DNA of 64,000 bases from NCBI GenBank assembly GCA_963850305.1, contig CAWKKR010000002.1, positions 119,761 through 183,760 of the forward strand, read 5' to 3'. A program made the translations under genes and the position numbers. The notes below the pieces were generated by a model that worked only from the letters and a program-made list of their open reading frames with translations, was not told where the DNA came from and searched no databases. This DNA is from an uncultured delta proteobacterium. GTDB taxonomy: Bacteria > Myxococcota_A > Polyangia > Polyangiales > Polyangiaceae. Positions within the stretch are counted from its first letter, which is position 1, and every line of letters begins with the position of its first letter. Positions 38,159 through 49,180 of this stretch are shown here, in pieces.

Positions 38159-39745
38159 ATGAGGCTCACTGAATGTGACAACCGCGCTGGTCATCGCGCG
38201 TGGCGGTCGGAGTTCGTATTTCCGGGGCTGGTCGCCCTCGCATTCGCCCTGGCCATTTCAATCAGGATCGCCGGCATCGGGGCCACGCTGCCGATGGTCA
38301 CTCACCCCGACGAGCCGAGGAACGAGAAAGTCGTGTTGCGGCTCGCGGAGCACCCGCTGAAGAGTCCACGGTTTTTCCTTTATCCCTCGGTCTTTTTCTA
38401 CATAGAGGCGACGGTGGCTCGCGCGTACGAGGGCGTAACCGGCTCTCCAATCGAGCCCGCGCAGATCCTCAGCAGCGGCGATGCCCGGGTGAGGTCCCCG
38501 GGATTCTGGGTCATCGCTCGCGCGACCACGGTGATCTTCGGCGCGGGAATCGTCGCGATGGCCGTGTGGCTCGGCGCATGGCTCAGCGGTTCGCTCGCGA
38601 CGGCCTCCGTCGTGGGCCTGTGGACCGCAACATCGCCCCTCGCTGTCGAGGACAGCCGGTACATCACTCCGGATACCTACGCTGCCTTTTTCACGATGGC
38701 CGCCATTCTGGGGGCGTGCAAAATCGCAGCCGGTAACGCGAGCTGGAAGTGCTACGCGATGACCGGGGCACTCGTAGGCCTGGCGGGCGGGAGCAAATAC
38801 AACGTCGCGGTCGTGGCGCTTTCCGTGGTCGTCGCACACCTGTTTCGTACCGGCCGGAGCGGGTTGCTCGATGGACGCATCTGGCTAGCCGGTGGGTGCG
38901 CCGTTGCCACGTTCATCGCGACGACGCCGTTTGCGCTCTTCGACTATGCGCACTTCCGGCAAGATCTGACGTTCGAGGCCGAACATTACAAGAACGGACA
39001 CCCTGGCGCCGAGGGCATGTCTCTCTGGTTCAACGTCGTGAGCCTGTGGAACTCCGAGGGGCTGCGCCTGATCTTCGTGCCCGCGGCGGCCCTGGTGAGC
39101 GAACGAAGGTCGAGAGTTGGCGTACTGACGATTGCCACGTTCGCCGCCTGCTATTTCGGGATGCTGTCGTCGTTCGAGGTTCACTTCATCCGAAACCTCG
39201 TCCCGCTCATCGGTCCCGTGCTCGTGATCGCGGGGATCGGGCTCGGGGCGGCCTGTGAGCGCGTCTTTCGACGCTACCGCCCGCGCTCGGCCGCGTGGGC
39301 GCTTTCGGGGATGGCAGTGCTCCTCAGCGTCCGGCCTGCGCTGTCGGCCGTGAACACCATCCGTTCGCGCCAGATCTATCCAAACGCCACCGTTTCAGCC
39401 TTCATCGCCCAACGGTTTCCTCGGGGCAGCCACATAGCGGTCGAGCCGTACGGACCGTGGGTCGATCCGGTTCGATTCCAGGTGATGGGGATCGGCCCGT
39501 ACGCCGACACCTCCATGAGCGCTCTGGAACACTCCCATACTCGATACCTCGTGCTCGCCGAAGGATCGTTCGGCCGGTACTACGCCCAGCGCCGTCGCTA
39601 CGCGAGGGCGGTCGCCAAGTACGAAGTCCTCTTTCACCGGTATTGCGAGCTGGCGCGCTTCGATGAAGTCGCAGGAAACGAGATCCGCATCCTGGATCTC
39701 TCGTGTATCGCGCCCAGGGCGCGCCGTGAGGGGGCCAGAAGGTGA
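38159..39745 (+). CDS. GT-C fold glycosyltransferase (PMT/ArnT, family 39/83-like)
   Basis: HPDE, FFLYP, SRYITPD and GLAGGSKY motifs; many TMs. Confidence 0.88.
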   Translation: MRLTECDNRAGHRAWRSEFVFPGLVALAFALAISIRIAGIGATLPMVTHPDEPRNEKVVLRLAEHPLKSPRFFLYPSVFFYIEATVARAYEGVTGSPIEPAQILSSGDARVRSPGFWVIARATTVIFGAGIVAMAVWLGAWLSGSLATASVVGLWTATSPLAVEDSRYITPDTYAAFFTMAAILGACKIAAGNASWKCYAMTGALVGLAGGSKYNVAVVALSVVVAHLFRTGRSGLLDGRIWLAGGCAVATFIATTPFALFDYAHFRQDLTFEAEHYKNGHPGAEGMSLWFNVVSLWNSEGLRLIFVPAAALVSERRSRVGVLTIATFAACYFGMLSSFEVHFIRNLVPLIGPVLVIAGIGLGAACERVFRRYRPRSAAWALSGMAVLLSVRPALSAVNTIRSRQIYPNATVSAFIAQRFPRGSHIAVEPYGPWVDPVRFQVMGIGPYADTSMSALEHSHTRYLVLAEGSFGRYYAQRRRYARAVAKYEVLFHRYCELARFDEVAGNEIRILDLSCIAPRARREGARR

Positions 39746-39803
39746 GATAAGGGTGGGCGCGCCCCGGAATTCCTGAGAGCCAGGTGATCGAGCCGCGGCG
39801 TCG

Positions 39804-40703
39804 TCATTCGTCGTCCCCGAGCGTGCGCTCGATGATCATCGCGAGAGCGGTGACGAACGCTGGGTCGTCGCCGAGCGCCGGAACACGCGAGAAGCCGATG
39901 CCGAGCCTGGATGCGTGCGCCGCGGCTTCCACGTCGAGGTCGTAAAGCGTCTCCACGTGGTCTGCGACGAACCCGACCGGCGCCACCACGAGGTGCTGCT
40001 TGCCGCCACGCGCGGCATCCTCGATGACCTCCGCGAGTGTGGGGCCGAGCCATTCGTCTCCGCCTTCGCCCTGGCTTTGATAAGCAATCCGCCCGTTCCG
40101 TCCGACTGCTTCCAGGATTTTTCGTGCCGCGTCTTCGAATTGTTGCTGGTACGGATCACCCCCGGCAATAACGCGAGTGGGCAAACTGTGAGCGGTGAGG
40201 ACGAGCTCCGTGTCGAGCTCCGGTTTCCCATCGAGGACCGCCGCGATCTTCGCCGCGTGAAGTTCGATGAGGTTCGCCTCCCCACCGTAGGGTGAGACCG
40301 GCACGAGCGCTGGCGACTCGTCCGCTCGTACATCGAGTCCCCGGAGCGCCGCTTCGACTACACCCACGTACACGTGCACGCTGAATGGCGCGAGCGGCAA
40401 GACGACTACTTCCTCGAACGACGCCGTCAGGAGCTCTTTCAGCACCTCGCCGACGAGCGGCGCCCAGAACCGCATCGCAACGTATGCGCGAAATCCTAGC
40501 CGTTCTGCGAGAGCTCGGCCCAGTGACTGGGTCACGTCGAGCAACGGAGAGCGGCCAATTTCGCGATATCGCCGCTCGATCTCCATGACGAGCGCCGGGG
40601 ACGCAGGACGTCCGCGACGGATGCGGGCGAGGAACTCCGGCACATCGCGCGGGTCGGCGATCGTGCCGTGACCCACGAGCAGGAGGGCACGCTTCGGGGC
40701 CAT
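39804..40703 (-). CDS. hemH: Ferrochelatase
   Basis: RYREIGRSPL, AMRFWAP, TAHSLP, GDPY, YQSQ...WLGP and GFVADHVETLYDLD motifs. Confidence 0.96.
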   Translation of the reverse strand: MAPKRALLLVGHGTIADPRDVPEFLARIRRGRPASPALVMEIERRYREIGRSPLLDVTQSLGRALAERLGFRAYVAMRFWAPLVGEVLKELLTASFEEVVVLPLAPFSVHVYVGVVEAALRGLDVRADESPALVPVSPYGGEANLIELHAAKIAAVLDGKPELDTELVLTAHSLPTRVIAGGDPYQQQFEDAARKILEAVGRNGRIAYQSQGEGGDEWLGPTLAEVIEDAARGGKQHLVVAPVGFVADHVETLYDLDVEAAAHASRLGIGFSRVPALGDDPAFVTALAMIIERTLGDDE

Positions 40704-40845
40704 CGGCGGTACCCTTTTACCTCAGGAGCCTCACTCGCGCCCACGCTGCTCGCTCCGCCCCCGAAACGCGAGGAGCGAAGGACCACGAGATCCGAAACCA
40801 CGCGTCGCGAAGGATGGCGGACCCTGGTAGGCTGGTGATTCCGAG

Positions 40846-43800
40846 ATGCGTGCGCGCCAGAGCCCCGTTGAGTCCCTGGTGCTCCTGCCGCAATTGGCGG
40901 ATCCACTCGACCGTCGTGCGCGCTGGCGGCAAGCCGTGGCGGCACTCGGTCAAGAGCTCCGCGTCGATGGCCCGCCTGCCCTGGACGGCGTGGCGGGGGA
41001 AGATCTTCTCCGCGCGTCGCAGTGCGCGCTCGAAACCGGTCTCGTCGACGATCTCGATTGGATCGCGCCCGGCCCTGCTGCCGTGGCCCTCTACGAGCTC
41101 AGCACGGCGTTGCCGCCAGGGAAGGAACGCCGAGAGATCGGACGGCGAGTCTTCGGCCGTCTCTACGAAGGTGATGCGGCGACGTTCGCGGCCGTCGCGG
41201 CCAGGATGGCGCTCGGCCCGAGCAAACCGTTCGAGGCGGCAGCGGTCCGGGCGCGGATCGGACTCGTCTTCAGTCTGCCCGTCGGAAGCTCCGTCAATGC
41301 CGATCCGCTGGCCCTCGTTCTCCTGTCGCGTCGCGAGCTGTTCGAGCGGCTCGTCGCGAAGGGATCGACCGGGCCGCTTCCGTCGCGGCGCCTGGCAGCG
41401 CGGCTCTTCGAGCGCGCGGCGCGTGAGGCCGTTCGCCGGCATCATCAGGGCGATCCGACGCCGTCGGAGCTCCTGGTCGGCGGCGCGGCGCGCCCGAGCT
41501 TCGATCGGTTGCTCGCGGATCGCGAGCCACTGGTCTGGCGCCATGCGGCGGCAGCCCGCGGGATTCTTTCGCCCGTCGTCAGCGTGTTGCGTGACGACAT
41601 GGATCTGGCCCTCGATCCGACCCTCACGCCGACCGAGTGGCGACGTGCGGCCGTCTCGCTCGTCGCGGGGATCTCGACGGACCTGTCGCTCGTGGCGCGC
41701 TGCGAGCGGCTCCTTTCGAGCGAGATCGCGACGCGCGATCCGGGCCTCGTCGCGACAATGGTGTGGGGTCTGCCCGCGGTCATCGACGCCGAGCCCGAGA
41801 CGGCGACGGAGTTCCTGGACCGTCTGAGCTTTTCCCCGCGCCTCGACATCGCGGAGGCGATCTCCACGCTTCTCTGCGACGTCGCGAATCCGGATTTCGG
41901 ACGTGACGCGGCCGAACGCGTGCGGAGCCAGCTCCAGGGAGCCGCCGTGGCGGACCCGACCATGCACGCAATCTTCGAAGATACGCTTCGAGGGCTCGAT
42001 CCCGGTCGGAGGCTCGGCGGGGTCGACACGGCCGTGAAACGTGCACTCGCCGCCTACGAGCTGACCGGCGCTCGCGCCGCCTACGAGCTTGCCGTGGATG
42101 CCATCGCCCGCGCCGACGCGACCATGGACGCGCTCGAGGCTCTGGGTGGTCATGGCGACCTCGCCGACCTGCTCGGTCCCCTGGGCGATCTCGACTCGAG
42201 CGCCATCGAGCAATCGCGCTTGCACGATCTCCTGCTTCTTGGGCGGAGCCCGGGCGACACGAGCACGGCCGTGCCCGAGATGGAGCGTCTCCACGATCGG
42301 CTCGGCAAGTGGGTGCTCGATCGCGAAGAGGCGTCCGTGGAGGGGGAGTACTCCCGCGGCGAGGTCATTGCACGTCAACGCGCGCTCCGAACGCTCTTGC
42401 ATCTCGTCGATCTCGATACCTCCGCTCGCACCGAGCTCGATTCCGAAGTGGCGCGCGCGCGACTTCGGCGGACCATCCAGGTGCTCCTCGGGTGTCTCTC
42501 CGCTCGCCCCGACGCCTCGCTCCACCGGATCGTGTGTGCGGCGCTGGCGCGCGGGCTCGACGCTGCTGCGCGCGAGGGCCTGGCGGATCCGGCCGACCTC
42601 CTGCTCGTCGTTCTCAGCAGCATCGCCGACGCCCACTCGATCCAGGCCATGATGGAGGCCTCGACTCATCCCGACGTTCGCGACGTGCTTCGCGCCTACG
42701 TCGAGTTCCTGATCATCGGCGGGCGCGAAGGTACGAATTCCGCGTTCGATCTATCGCCTGAAGCGATCGAGGCGACGAACCGCGCGGACGAGTTGCCGGA
42801 TGCGGAGGCCTTCGTCCAGCTCAGCCGAGGCATCGGCGCGAACGGTTCGCATCGGGGCGAGGCGCTTCGCCAGGTCATCCTCCGACTCGGTCGCGCGCTC
42901 GAGGCCGTGGTCACGGCACGCGGTCTTTCGGAGCTGGTCGAACCTCCGAGCGGTGAAGGTTATCCCCTCGGCGACGTCGAACAAAACGCGGATTCTCTCC
43001 GCCATATGGTCACCGGCGCGCGTCGGAGGCTCCTCGACGAGGATCCTGCGTTCGCCGGTATCCAGGTCGTAGCGGACGTTCCGCGGCTGACGGCGCTCAT
43101 CGAACGCGCGGTGACGGGCGTCCCGCCGAATCGCGCACAGCTGTCGATGGCCGTGAGCGAGCTCGTCGCGGACCTGCCGACGGCACTCGCGGCATCACTC
43201 TCGCGGGTGCTCGGACGTGTCGCGTCGCTGCCGGTCGCACCCCTGGTCGAGGTCGGAGTCATTCCGCTCAGGGCGCGGCGCGCCGAGCTGCCGGATTGGC
43301 TCTTGCCGCGCCGTACCATCGGCTCGTTCTTCGTCGTGCGCGCGCTCGGAGCAGGCGGCGTGAGCTCGGTGTTCGTCGCTCGGCGGCTCGAGGAACGGAA
43401 GACCGCCAATGCCGAACTCTACGCTCTCAAGGTTCCCCACTACGATCCGAGCACGGCGAGGAGTCTCTCCGAACAGGAATTCATGCAGCTCTTCCGCGAG
43501 GAGGCCGGCGCGCTTCTGTCGCTGCCGCAGCATCCCCACCTCGCGCGCTTCGTCACGTTCGACCTTGCGGCGCGGCCGAAGCCCATCCTCGTCATGGAAC
43601 TCATTCGAGGGTTCGCCCTCGATCGCCTGATACGGAACCGTTCCCTCTCTGCCGCGCAGGCGTTCGGACACCTGGACGGGATCCTCGCCGGGCTCCAGGC
43701 CATGCACAGCGTCGGCGTCGGCCACCTCGACGTGAAGCCCTCCAATGTGATCTTGCGCGATGAAGGCACGGCCGTCCTCGTGGACTTCGGTCTGAGCGGT

Positions 43801-44202
43801 AGGCATTTGCGACCCGGTTGCGGCACCCTGGAATATTGCTCGCCCGAGATCCTGGGCATCGAGCCACCGAGTCCCGCGACGCCGGCCGCGGCCGACATGT
43901 ACGCGTTCGCATGTACGGCCTTCGAGGTCATCACGGGCAGCTTGCTGTTCGATGCGGACGACGAGATGGCGCTCATGAACCAGCACCTGACACACGACGG
44001 CTGGCCACCCCGGCTGACGCACCTCGCGAGCACCCCCGAGTACGCGAATCTTTCGGTCGTGCTCGCAGCATGCTTGCGGCGTGATCCCGGAGCACGACCG
44101 ACAGCGGCCGACGTACGGAACGCGATGACGGGTGCCACGCAGTGGCTTCACGACGAAGAATGGCCTCTCCGGGGCGAGGCCATCACGGGTCTCACGGGGT
44201 GA
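40846..44202 (+). CDS. Large Ser/Thr kinase with a ~820-aa helical N-terminus
   Basis: C-terminal [26 protein letters not shown] and GTLEYCSPE motifs. Confidence 0.9.
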   Translation: MRARQSPVESLVLLPQLADPLDRRARWRQAVAALGQELRVDGPPALDGVAGEDLLRASQCALETGLVDDLDWIAPGPAAVALYELSTALPPGKERREIGRRVFGRLYEGDAATFAAVAARMALGPSKPFEAAAVRARIGLVFSLPVGSSVNADPLALVLLSRRELFERLVAKGSTGPLPSRRLAARLFERAAREAVRRHHQGDPTPSELLVGGAARPSFDRLLADREPLVWRHAAAARGILSPVVSVLRDDMDLALDPTLTPTEWRRAAVSLVAGISTDLSLVARCERLLSSEIATRDPGLVATMVWGLPAVIDAEPETATEFLDRLSFSPRLDIAEAISTLLCDVANPDFGRDAAERVRSQLQGAAVADPTMHAIFEDTLRGLDPGRRLGGVDTAVKRALAAYELTGARAAYELAVDAIARADATMDALEALGGHGDLADLLGPLGDLDSSAIEQSRLHDLLLLGRSPGDTSTAVPEMERLHDRLGKWVLDREEASVEGEYSRGEVIARQRALRTLLHLVDLDTSARTELDSEVARARLRRTIQVLLGCLSARPDASLHRIVCAALARGLDAAAREGLADPADLLLVVLSSIADAHSIQAMMEASTHPDVRDVLRAYVEFLIIGGREGTNSAFDLSPEAIEATNRADELPDAEAFVQLSRGIGANGSHRGEALRQVILRLGRALEAVVTARGLSELVEPPSGEGYPLGDVEQNADSLRHMVTGARRRLLDEDPAFAGIQVVADVPRLTALIERAVTGVPPNRAQLSMAVSELVADLPTALAASLSRVLGRVASLPVAPLVEVGVIPLRARRAELPDWLLPRRTIGSFFVVRALGAGGVSSVFVARRLEERKTANAELYALKVPHYDPSTARSLSEQEFMQLFREEAGALLSLPQHPHLARFVTFDLAARPKPILVMELIRGFALDRLIRNRSLSAAQAFGHLDGILAGLQAMHSVGVGHLDVKPSNVILRDEGTAVLVDFGLSGRHLRPGCGTLEYCSPEILGIEPPSPATPAAADMYAFACTAFEVITGSLLFDADDEMALMNQHLTHDGWPPRLTHLASTPEYANLSVVLAACLRRDPGARPTAADVRNAMTGATQWLHDEEWPLRGEAITGLTG

Positions 44203-44747
44203 AGTCGTTCTGCGTCGGCGTCGCCCTGGTCGCATCCTCGGCGGTCCTGTCCTGCGATCGGGCATCGACGCACGAGATCACCGTCGTGGACGGGGCGAGC
44301 ATCGCCCACTTCGAGGTGAAAAGCGCGTTTGCAGAATACATCGAGGTCGCGGGGGTCCGGGATCAGCTCACCCTCACTCTCTCGAGCTACCCGTTGTCTT
44401 GCGAGCGCTGGGTCGCCCCGCACGAAGGCGACTCCGCGCTGACGATCGTCATCGTTTCGCCTCCGGGGTCGGCGCCATCGGTGGGCACGTACCCTTGGTC
44501 CGGAATACCCGCGGCGGATCAGCCACTCAAGGAGCCCTATGCGTTGCCGAAGGCGCAGTTCGGCGATCGCTCGCGGCTGTTCGAACCGGGGGGGTCCGTC
44601 CGCCTGACCGCGCTTCGCCTCGAGTCACACGGCACGATTGCCGGCACCGTCGCCTTCGAGTTCCCAGGGACGGCCGAAAGCCCCGCGACGCGCATCGACG
44701 GCAGCTTCGACGCGAAGGTGTGCCGGCTCTCTCTGGCGGCGCGCTGA
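44199..44747 (+). CDS. Hypothetical lipoprotein
   Basis: GTG overlapping the kinase stop (GTGA); lipobox VLSC; beta-rich; ends GSFDAKVC.... Confidence 0.75.
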   Translation: MKSFCVGVALVASSAVLSCDRASTHEITVVDGASIAHFEVKSAFAEYIEVAGVRDQLTLTLSSYPLSCERWVAPHEGDSALTIVIVSPPGSAPSVGTYPWSGIPAADQPLKEPYALPKAQFGDRSRLFEPGGSVRLTALRLESHGTIAGTVAFEFPGTAESPATRIDGSFDAKVCRLSLAAR

Positions 44748-44806
44748 CACGTTCCGGCCACGATTCGGAGACGACCGCGCCACGTGAATCGGCGAGACTC
44801 CGTCCG

Positions 44807-46237
44807 GTGTACGACTACGACTTACTGGTGATCGGGTGCGGTCCAGGCGGACAGAAGGCCGCGATCGCGGCGTCGAAGCTCGGCAGGCGAGCCGCGGTGG
44901 TCGAACGCGCCGAGACTGTCGGGGGAGCGTGCGTCAACACCGGGACGATCCCGTCGAAGACGTTGCGCGAAACCGTGCTCTATTTGACCGGCCTCAGCCA
45001 GCGTGAGCTCTACGGTCAGAGCTATCGCGTCAAGGACGAGATCACGATGGATGATCTTTCCAGGCGCACCCGCCACGTGGTGTCGCGCGAGCTTCAAGTC
45101 GTTCAAGATCAGCTCGCTCGAAATCACGTCAAGCTCCTCCATGGAACCGCGCGGTTTCTGGACCCCAACACGATTGGCGTCGAGCAGCCTACGGGCGCCA
45201 TCCGGGTCACCTCGGATCGTATCGTCATCGCGACCGGGACGCGCCCGGCGCGACCCAGCAACGTCGCCTTCGACGGCGCCCACATCGTCGATTCGGATGG
45301 CATTCTTTGCATCGACCGGATCCCGGGGTCGCTGGTGGTCGTGGGCGCGGGTGTGATCGGCGTCGAGTACGCGTCGATCTTCGCGGCTCTTGGCTGCAAG
45401 GTGACGGTCGTCGAGCGGCGGGACCGAATGCTCGAGTTCTGTGACGAAGAAATCGTGCAGGCGCTCACGTATCACCTGCGCGAGCTCGCGGTGACGTTTC
45501 GCTTTCGCGAAACCGTCTCCGCCGTCGAGATTCACGAGGGGCGGTCGCTCACGATCCTCGGCAGCGGCAAGACGATCCCGGCCGACGCCGTCCTGTACTC
45601 CGCCGGACGTGTCGGTGCTACCGACGGTCTCGGCCTCGAGAGCATCGGCCTCCGAGTGGACGACCGCAAACGGATCACCGTAGATGCACACTACCGGACG
45701 TCCGTCCCGAACGTGTACGCCGTCGGCGACGTCATCGGCTTTCCGGCGCTCGCTTCGACGTCGATGGAGCAAGGTCGCCTCGCGGCCTATCACGCATTCG
45801 GCGAAGCGACTCCGGCCCTCGGGGCATCGATGCCGATCGGGATCTACACGATCCCCGAGATCAGCTATGTCGGGAAGACGGAGGCGGAACTCACGGACGC
45901 GTCCATCCCGTACGAGGTCGGGCTGTCGCGCTTCCGGGAGCTCGCGCGGGGTCAGATCGCTGGAGACTCGTACGGCATGCTGAAGCTCCTCGTCTCGCCG
46001 GACGATCGGCGCTTGCTCGGAGTTCATCTCTTCGGCACGGATGCAACCGGGAGCGTCCACATCGGTCAGGCCGTCATGGGATGCGGCGGCTCGGTCGACT
46101 ATCTCGTCAATGCTGTCTTCAACTATCCGACTCTCGCGGAGGCGTACAAGGTGGCGGCCCTCGACGTCACGAACAAGCTTCGCGCGATTCAGGCGGTTCG
46201 GCATGCCCCCGAGGCGACACTCGTGGAGGCCGAATGA
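44807..46237 (+). CDS. sthA: Soluble pyridine nucleotide transhydrogenase
   Basis: [23 protein letters not shown] (single Cys), [18 protein letters not shown] and [14 protein letters not shown] motifs. Confidence 0.95.
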   Translation: MYDYDLLVIGCGPGGQKAAIAASKLGRRAAVVERAETVGGACVNTGTIPSKTLRETVLYLTGLSQRELYGQSYRVKDEITMDDLSRRTRHVVSRELQVVQDQLARNHVKLLHGTARFLDPNTIGVEQPTGAIRVTSDRIVIATGTRPARPSNVAFDGAHIVDSDGILCIDRIPGSLVVVGAGVIGVEYASIFAALGCKVTVVERRDRMLEFCDEEIVQALTYHLRELAVTFRFRETVSAVEIHEGRSLTILGSGKTIPADAVLYSAGRVGATDGLGLESIGLRVDDRKRITVDAHYRTSVPNVYAVGDVIGFPALASTSMEQGRLAAYHAFGEATPALGASMPIGIYTIPEISYVGKTEAELTDASIPYEVGLSRFRELARGQIAGDSYGMLKLLVSPDDRRLLGVHLFGTDATGSVHIGQAVMGCGGSVDYLVNAVFNYPTLAEAYKVAALDVTNKLRAIQAVRHAPEATLVEAE

Positions 46238-46306
46238 GGGGATCGCTGGGCGGCGGTCCCCAACGTGGTTGCCGGGCGGACGACGGTCGTTTAGAAGGCC
46301 TTCGTC

Positions 46307-47134
46307 TTGCCTTTTTCGATTGTCCCGGACGCGAGTCTCGTCAGCCGCGCTTGGTTCGTGTTGCTGGCCGCTGCGGGGACGATGGGCTGTTCGAACAGCT
46401 CGTCGAGCAATGCGATCTATTCGTGCCCGGGAGGAGGGACCTCGTGCTTCGCGATCGAGCAGATCGTTTCTGCGGGCGGGACTCCCTGGACACCCGCGAG
46501 CGGCCGGTGCGTCGAGGTCGGGGACGATCCGATGCACACGCTCGCCATCGTCCTGCGAACGGATGCCAACGGCGAGATCTCCGTCGGCACGGCGGGCGCC
46601 CCTGATTGGGCGCTGGAGCCTCCGCTCGAATGCGTCGGGACGCCGCAGTGCGGGTACGTTTCCCTCACCGTGGACACGTGCAGCGGGGGAGCGGCCACGA
46701 CTGCAAACTGCATCTCCGTGCCCGCCGAGCGCCGCGCGTTCTTTTCACCCAGCGCAACCATTTCCCTGTCGACGTCGGCGCTCCCGACTCCGCTGGGCCT
46801 CCATCGATTCCAGGTCGAACTTCGCGATTCGGACGGCACCGTGCCGACGACTCCGAGCGGCCAGGAGTTCGCCGAAGAGGTCATCGTGGATCTCGAACCC
46901 AATTGCGAACCGGTCACCGACGGCGGCGCGCCTGACGCTGGCGTCGCAGACGCATCTCCGATCGACGCCGCAGTCCCCGACGCGGCGTCGGTGAGCGACG
47001 CGGCCGCGGACGCCGCGCGTCGTGATGGCGCAACGTCCTCGAATGACGCGGCGACCGCGCTCCGGGACGCCGGCTCCGATGCCTCGCGACCCAGAGACGC
47101 GGGACCGGACGGCGGCAAAGACGCCGGGCGCTAG
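46307..47134 (+). CDS. Hypothetical lipoprotein with a low-complexity DA-rich tail
   Basis: Lipobox TMGC; paired Cys; repeated DAG/DAA at the C-terminus. Confidence 0.7.
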   Translation: MPFSIVPDASLVSRAWFVLLAAAGTMGCSNSSSSNAIYSCPGGGTSCFAIEQIVSAGGTPWTPASGRCVEVGDDPMHTLAIVLRTDANGEISVGTAGAPDWALEPPLECVGTPQCGYVSLTVDTCSGGAATTANCISVPAERRAFFSPSATISLSTSALPTPLGLHRFQVELRDSDGTVPTTPSGQEFAEEVIVDLEPNCEPVTDGGAPDAGVADASPIDAAVPDAASVSDAAADAARRDGATSSNDAATALRDAGSDASRPRDAGPDGGKDAGR

Positions 47135-47171
47135 CCGGATCGAATCTCCGAGCGCGAGTTGTGTCCACTCC

Positions 47172-48803
47172 TCACGGGTGGATGAAGACGATCGTGCCGT
47201 GCACGGCGTCGAAGGCGCCGTGCCAGCCGTCAGGGACGACGGGATCCGTCCAGTAGAAGATCCGGCGCGCATCCTCGGGGGCGAGGTTGATGCAGCCGTG
47301 GCTCTTGGGGATGCCGAACTTGTCGTGCCAGTAGGCGCCGTGGAGGGCGTGGCCGTCGTCGTCGAAGTATTCGACGTAGGGAACGTCGCGGAGTTCGTAG
47401 GTTTCACCGACTTCATCCGAGCTCATCGTGGTCGCCACGTGCTTCGCGTGAATCCGGAAGATGCCCCGCCGCGTCGCGGTGGTGGTCTTCGGATCTTCGA
47501 GGCCGGCTTCGCCGCTGGAGATGAGCGTGGCATAGACGGGGCGCGTGCCGTCGTAGAGCACGAGGGTCTGCTTGGTGATGTTGACGTCGATCCAGCGCTC
47601 GCCCTTCGCGGCCCACCCGGGCACATGCCGAACCGGGTCGAGTCGCGACGCGTCGCGGTCGCTGAGCCAAGGCCCATCCTTGGTTTCGTAGTGGAGCACG
47701 CCGTGGAAGAATTGCTGACGTCCGGTGAGCGGTACGGCTTCACGATAAGGAGCGAGGTCGCCTTCGGCGACGTGGTTACCGGCGTGCTCGTAGACGACGT
47801 ACCTCGTGCCGGGCTCGCGCACGAGTGCGATGGGAAATTCGATGCCCTTCCCTATCTCCACGCCGTGAAACTCGGATCCCTGGATCGGCCGTAGGCGATC
47901 CGTCGGCAAGATCTCGAGCTCCGGCGTCAACCCGTAACGTCGCCCTTGCCAGAGAAACGTGTCGGTCAAGGAAAAGCCGATCTTCGCCCGCGTGTGACCG
48001 ATGACGAGCTGGTCGGGGTCACGCGGCTTCTTGGTGACGTCGGGCGCGGTCCCGCCGTGCAGGAGGAATGCAGGGACGCCTTCGGTGCGACGCTCGCGCC
48101 AGTCGGCGGCCGCGTCCGGCGGATCGCCTGGATGTCCGAGCCAGACGAACTGCGCGTAGCCGGCGCCGACCTGGCCCTTTGCGGTCAGCCAGCGCTGCAT
48201 GCGCTGGTCGATCTTCGGTTCCGAGTGCGCCAGTTCCTCGGTGGTGGGCAAACGCGCGTACACAGGGCCGGGCTTCCGTACCGTGCCGTAGATATACGGC
48301 AGCTTGCGCCCCTCGTTCGGTGGTCGTGATGCGAGCGCGGCAACGACGGGATCGTTGGGGTCCAGTGTCGCGGTGACGCCGACGCACATGAAGCCACGCG
48401 GCTGTACGGCGCGAAAGCCGTCGGGGCATCCGACGGTGGTGACGACGGCGCCGTCCGAAATCGCGAATTCACCGGCTCGCAAGTAGCCGATTCGCGGCGA
48501 GTCTTCCGACGGGCGCTCGTAGACGAAAGACTGAACCGACCGTGAATAGATTCGCGTCCCGGCCGGGAACGACAGCGCGCGAGAAGCGCCCGACAAGGTC
48601 ACGAGTGGCGGCGGGGCGAGACGAGTGTCGGACCTGGGCATCTCGAGGAGCGCCGCTGCTCCACCCGAGGAGCCCGCCACCGCCTTCGCGAGACTCGGGG
48701 CGGCGGCGGTAGAATGACACCCGGCGGCGCTGAGCAGGGCCGCGGCTCCCATAGCCGTGTGGGTATGACGGCAGGTGACGACCATTGCGGGCGCCACGTT
48801 CAC
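47172..48803 (-). CDS. L,D-transpeptidase (YkuD family) lipoprotein
   Basis: WIDVNITKQTL; ALHGAYWHDKFGIPKSHGCINL; lipobox AAGC. Confidence 0.92.
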   Translation of the reverse strand: MNVAPAMVVTCRHTHTAMGAAALLSAAGCHSTAAAPSLAKAVAGSSGGAAALLEMPRSDTRLAPPPLVTLSGASRALSFPAGTRIYSRSVQSFVYERPSEDSPRIGYLRAGEFAISDGAVVTTVGCPDGFRAVQPRGFMCVGVTATLDPNDPVVAALASRPPNEGRKLPYIYGTVRKPGPVYARLPTTEELAHSEPKIDQRMQRWLTAKGQVGAGYAQFVWLGHPGDPPDAAADWRERRTEGVPAFLLHGGTAPDVTKKPRDPDQLVIGHTRAKIGFSLTDTFLWQGRRYGLTPELEILPTDRLRPIQGSEFHGVEIGKGIEFPIALVREPGTRYVVYEHAGNHVAEGDLAPYREAVPLTGRQQFFHGVLHYETKDGPWLSDRDASRLDPVRHVPGWAAKGERWIDVNITKQTLVLYDGTRPVYATLISSGEAGLEDPKTTTATRRGIFRIHAKHVATTMSSDEVGETYELRDVPYVEYFDDDGHALHGAYWHDKFGIPKSHGCINLAPEDARRIFYWTDPVVPDGWHGAFDAVHGTIVFIHP

Positions 48804-48851
48804 CCGATCGCACCCGTTTCCCCAAGAAAACGGCGACCGAATACTCCTGAT

Positions 48852-48905
48852 AAAAAAAGGAGGCAGCAGCCCGGGCGGAGGGGGGGGACACCTCGGGCTG
48901 CTGCC
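48852..48905 (-). terminator. Intrinsic terminator-like hairpin
   Basis: Perfect 12-bp inverted repeat (48862-48873 / 48894-48905) followed on the minus strand by T7 (48852-48858). Confidence 0.75.
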
Positions 48906-48910
48906 GCGTG
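48852..48910 (-). ncRNA. Candidate ~58-nt hairpin small RNA (or terminated leader) with a C-rich loop
   Basis: GGCAGCAGCCCG-A-GGUG-[UCCCCCCCCUC]-CGCC-CGGGCUGCUGCC followed by UCC-U7; starts about 12 nt after a sigma54-like -12 box. Confidence 0.6.
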
Positions 48911-48920
48911 GATGACGCAG

Positions 48921-48937
48921 AGCAGTAATCGTGCCGA
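48921..48937 (-). promoter_or_regulatory. Sigma54 (-24/-12) promoter candidate
   Basis: Minus strand TCGGCACGATTACTGCT = GG-N10-GC, close to the TGGCACG-N4-TTGCW consensus. Confidence 0.7.
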
Positions 48938-48986
48938 CACCGTGGTGTAATAATTACGGCGGCTTGTCGCGGAGCGTCATTCCCGG

Positions 48987-49003
48987 CATTTCAAAATGAA
49001 ATG
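48987..49003. promoter_or_regulatory. Palindromic candidate enhancer-binding-protein site
   Basis: CATTTCA-AAA-TGAAATG perfect inverted repeat about 80-95 bp upstream of the predicted start; AT-rich in a high-GC background. Confidence 0.5.
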
Positions 49004-49180
49004 TCCACGGTTTCAACTCCGCGAACATGGGCACCGTTTGCCATCGAAAACCTCCCGTTGCGCCCGTGGGTTGCCAGATCCGCGTGACGAAACTCCGGCC
49101 GGCCCCCACGCGGCATCCGAGGTTTCGGCATTCCGCGTCATGAAAAGAGGCTCTACGTTTCGTCTCGGCGGCAAGCACGG

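Noticed and set aside
40717..42669. 650-aa minus-strand ORF and similar long Arg/Pro-rich ORFs throughout
   Set aside because: Antisense or off-frame shadows of real genes, expected at this GC content.
44132..44806. N-terminal extension of SthA
   Set aside because: Overlaps the kinase and lipoprotein genes in another frame; SthA similarity starts at GTG 44807.
48852..48910. Ordinary terminator of an upstream gene, or a known riboswitch
   Set aside because: No minus-strand gene ends just upstream, and the predicted transcript has no room for an aptamer. Kept instead as an sRNA/attenuator candidate.
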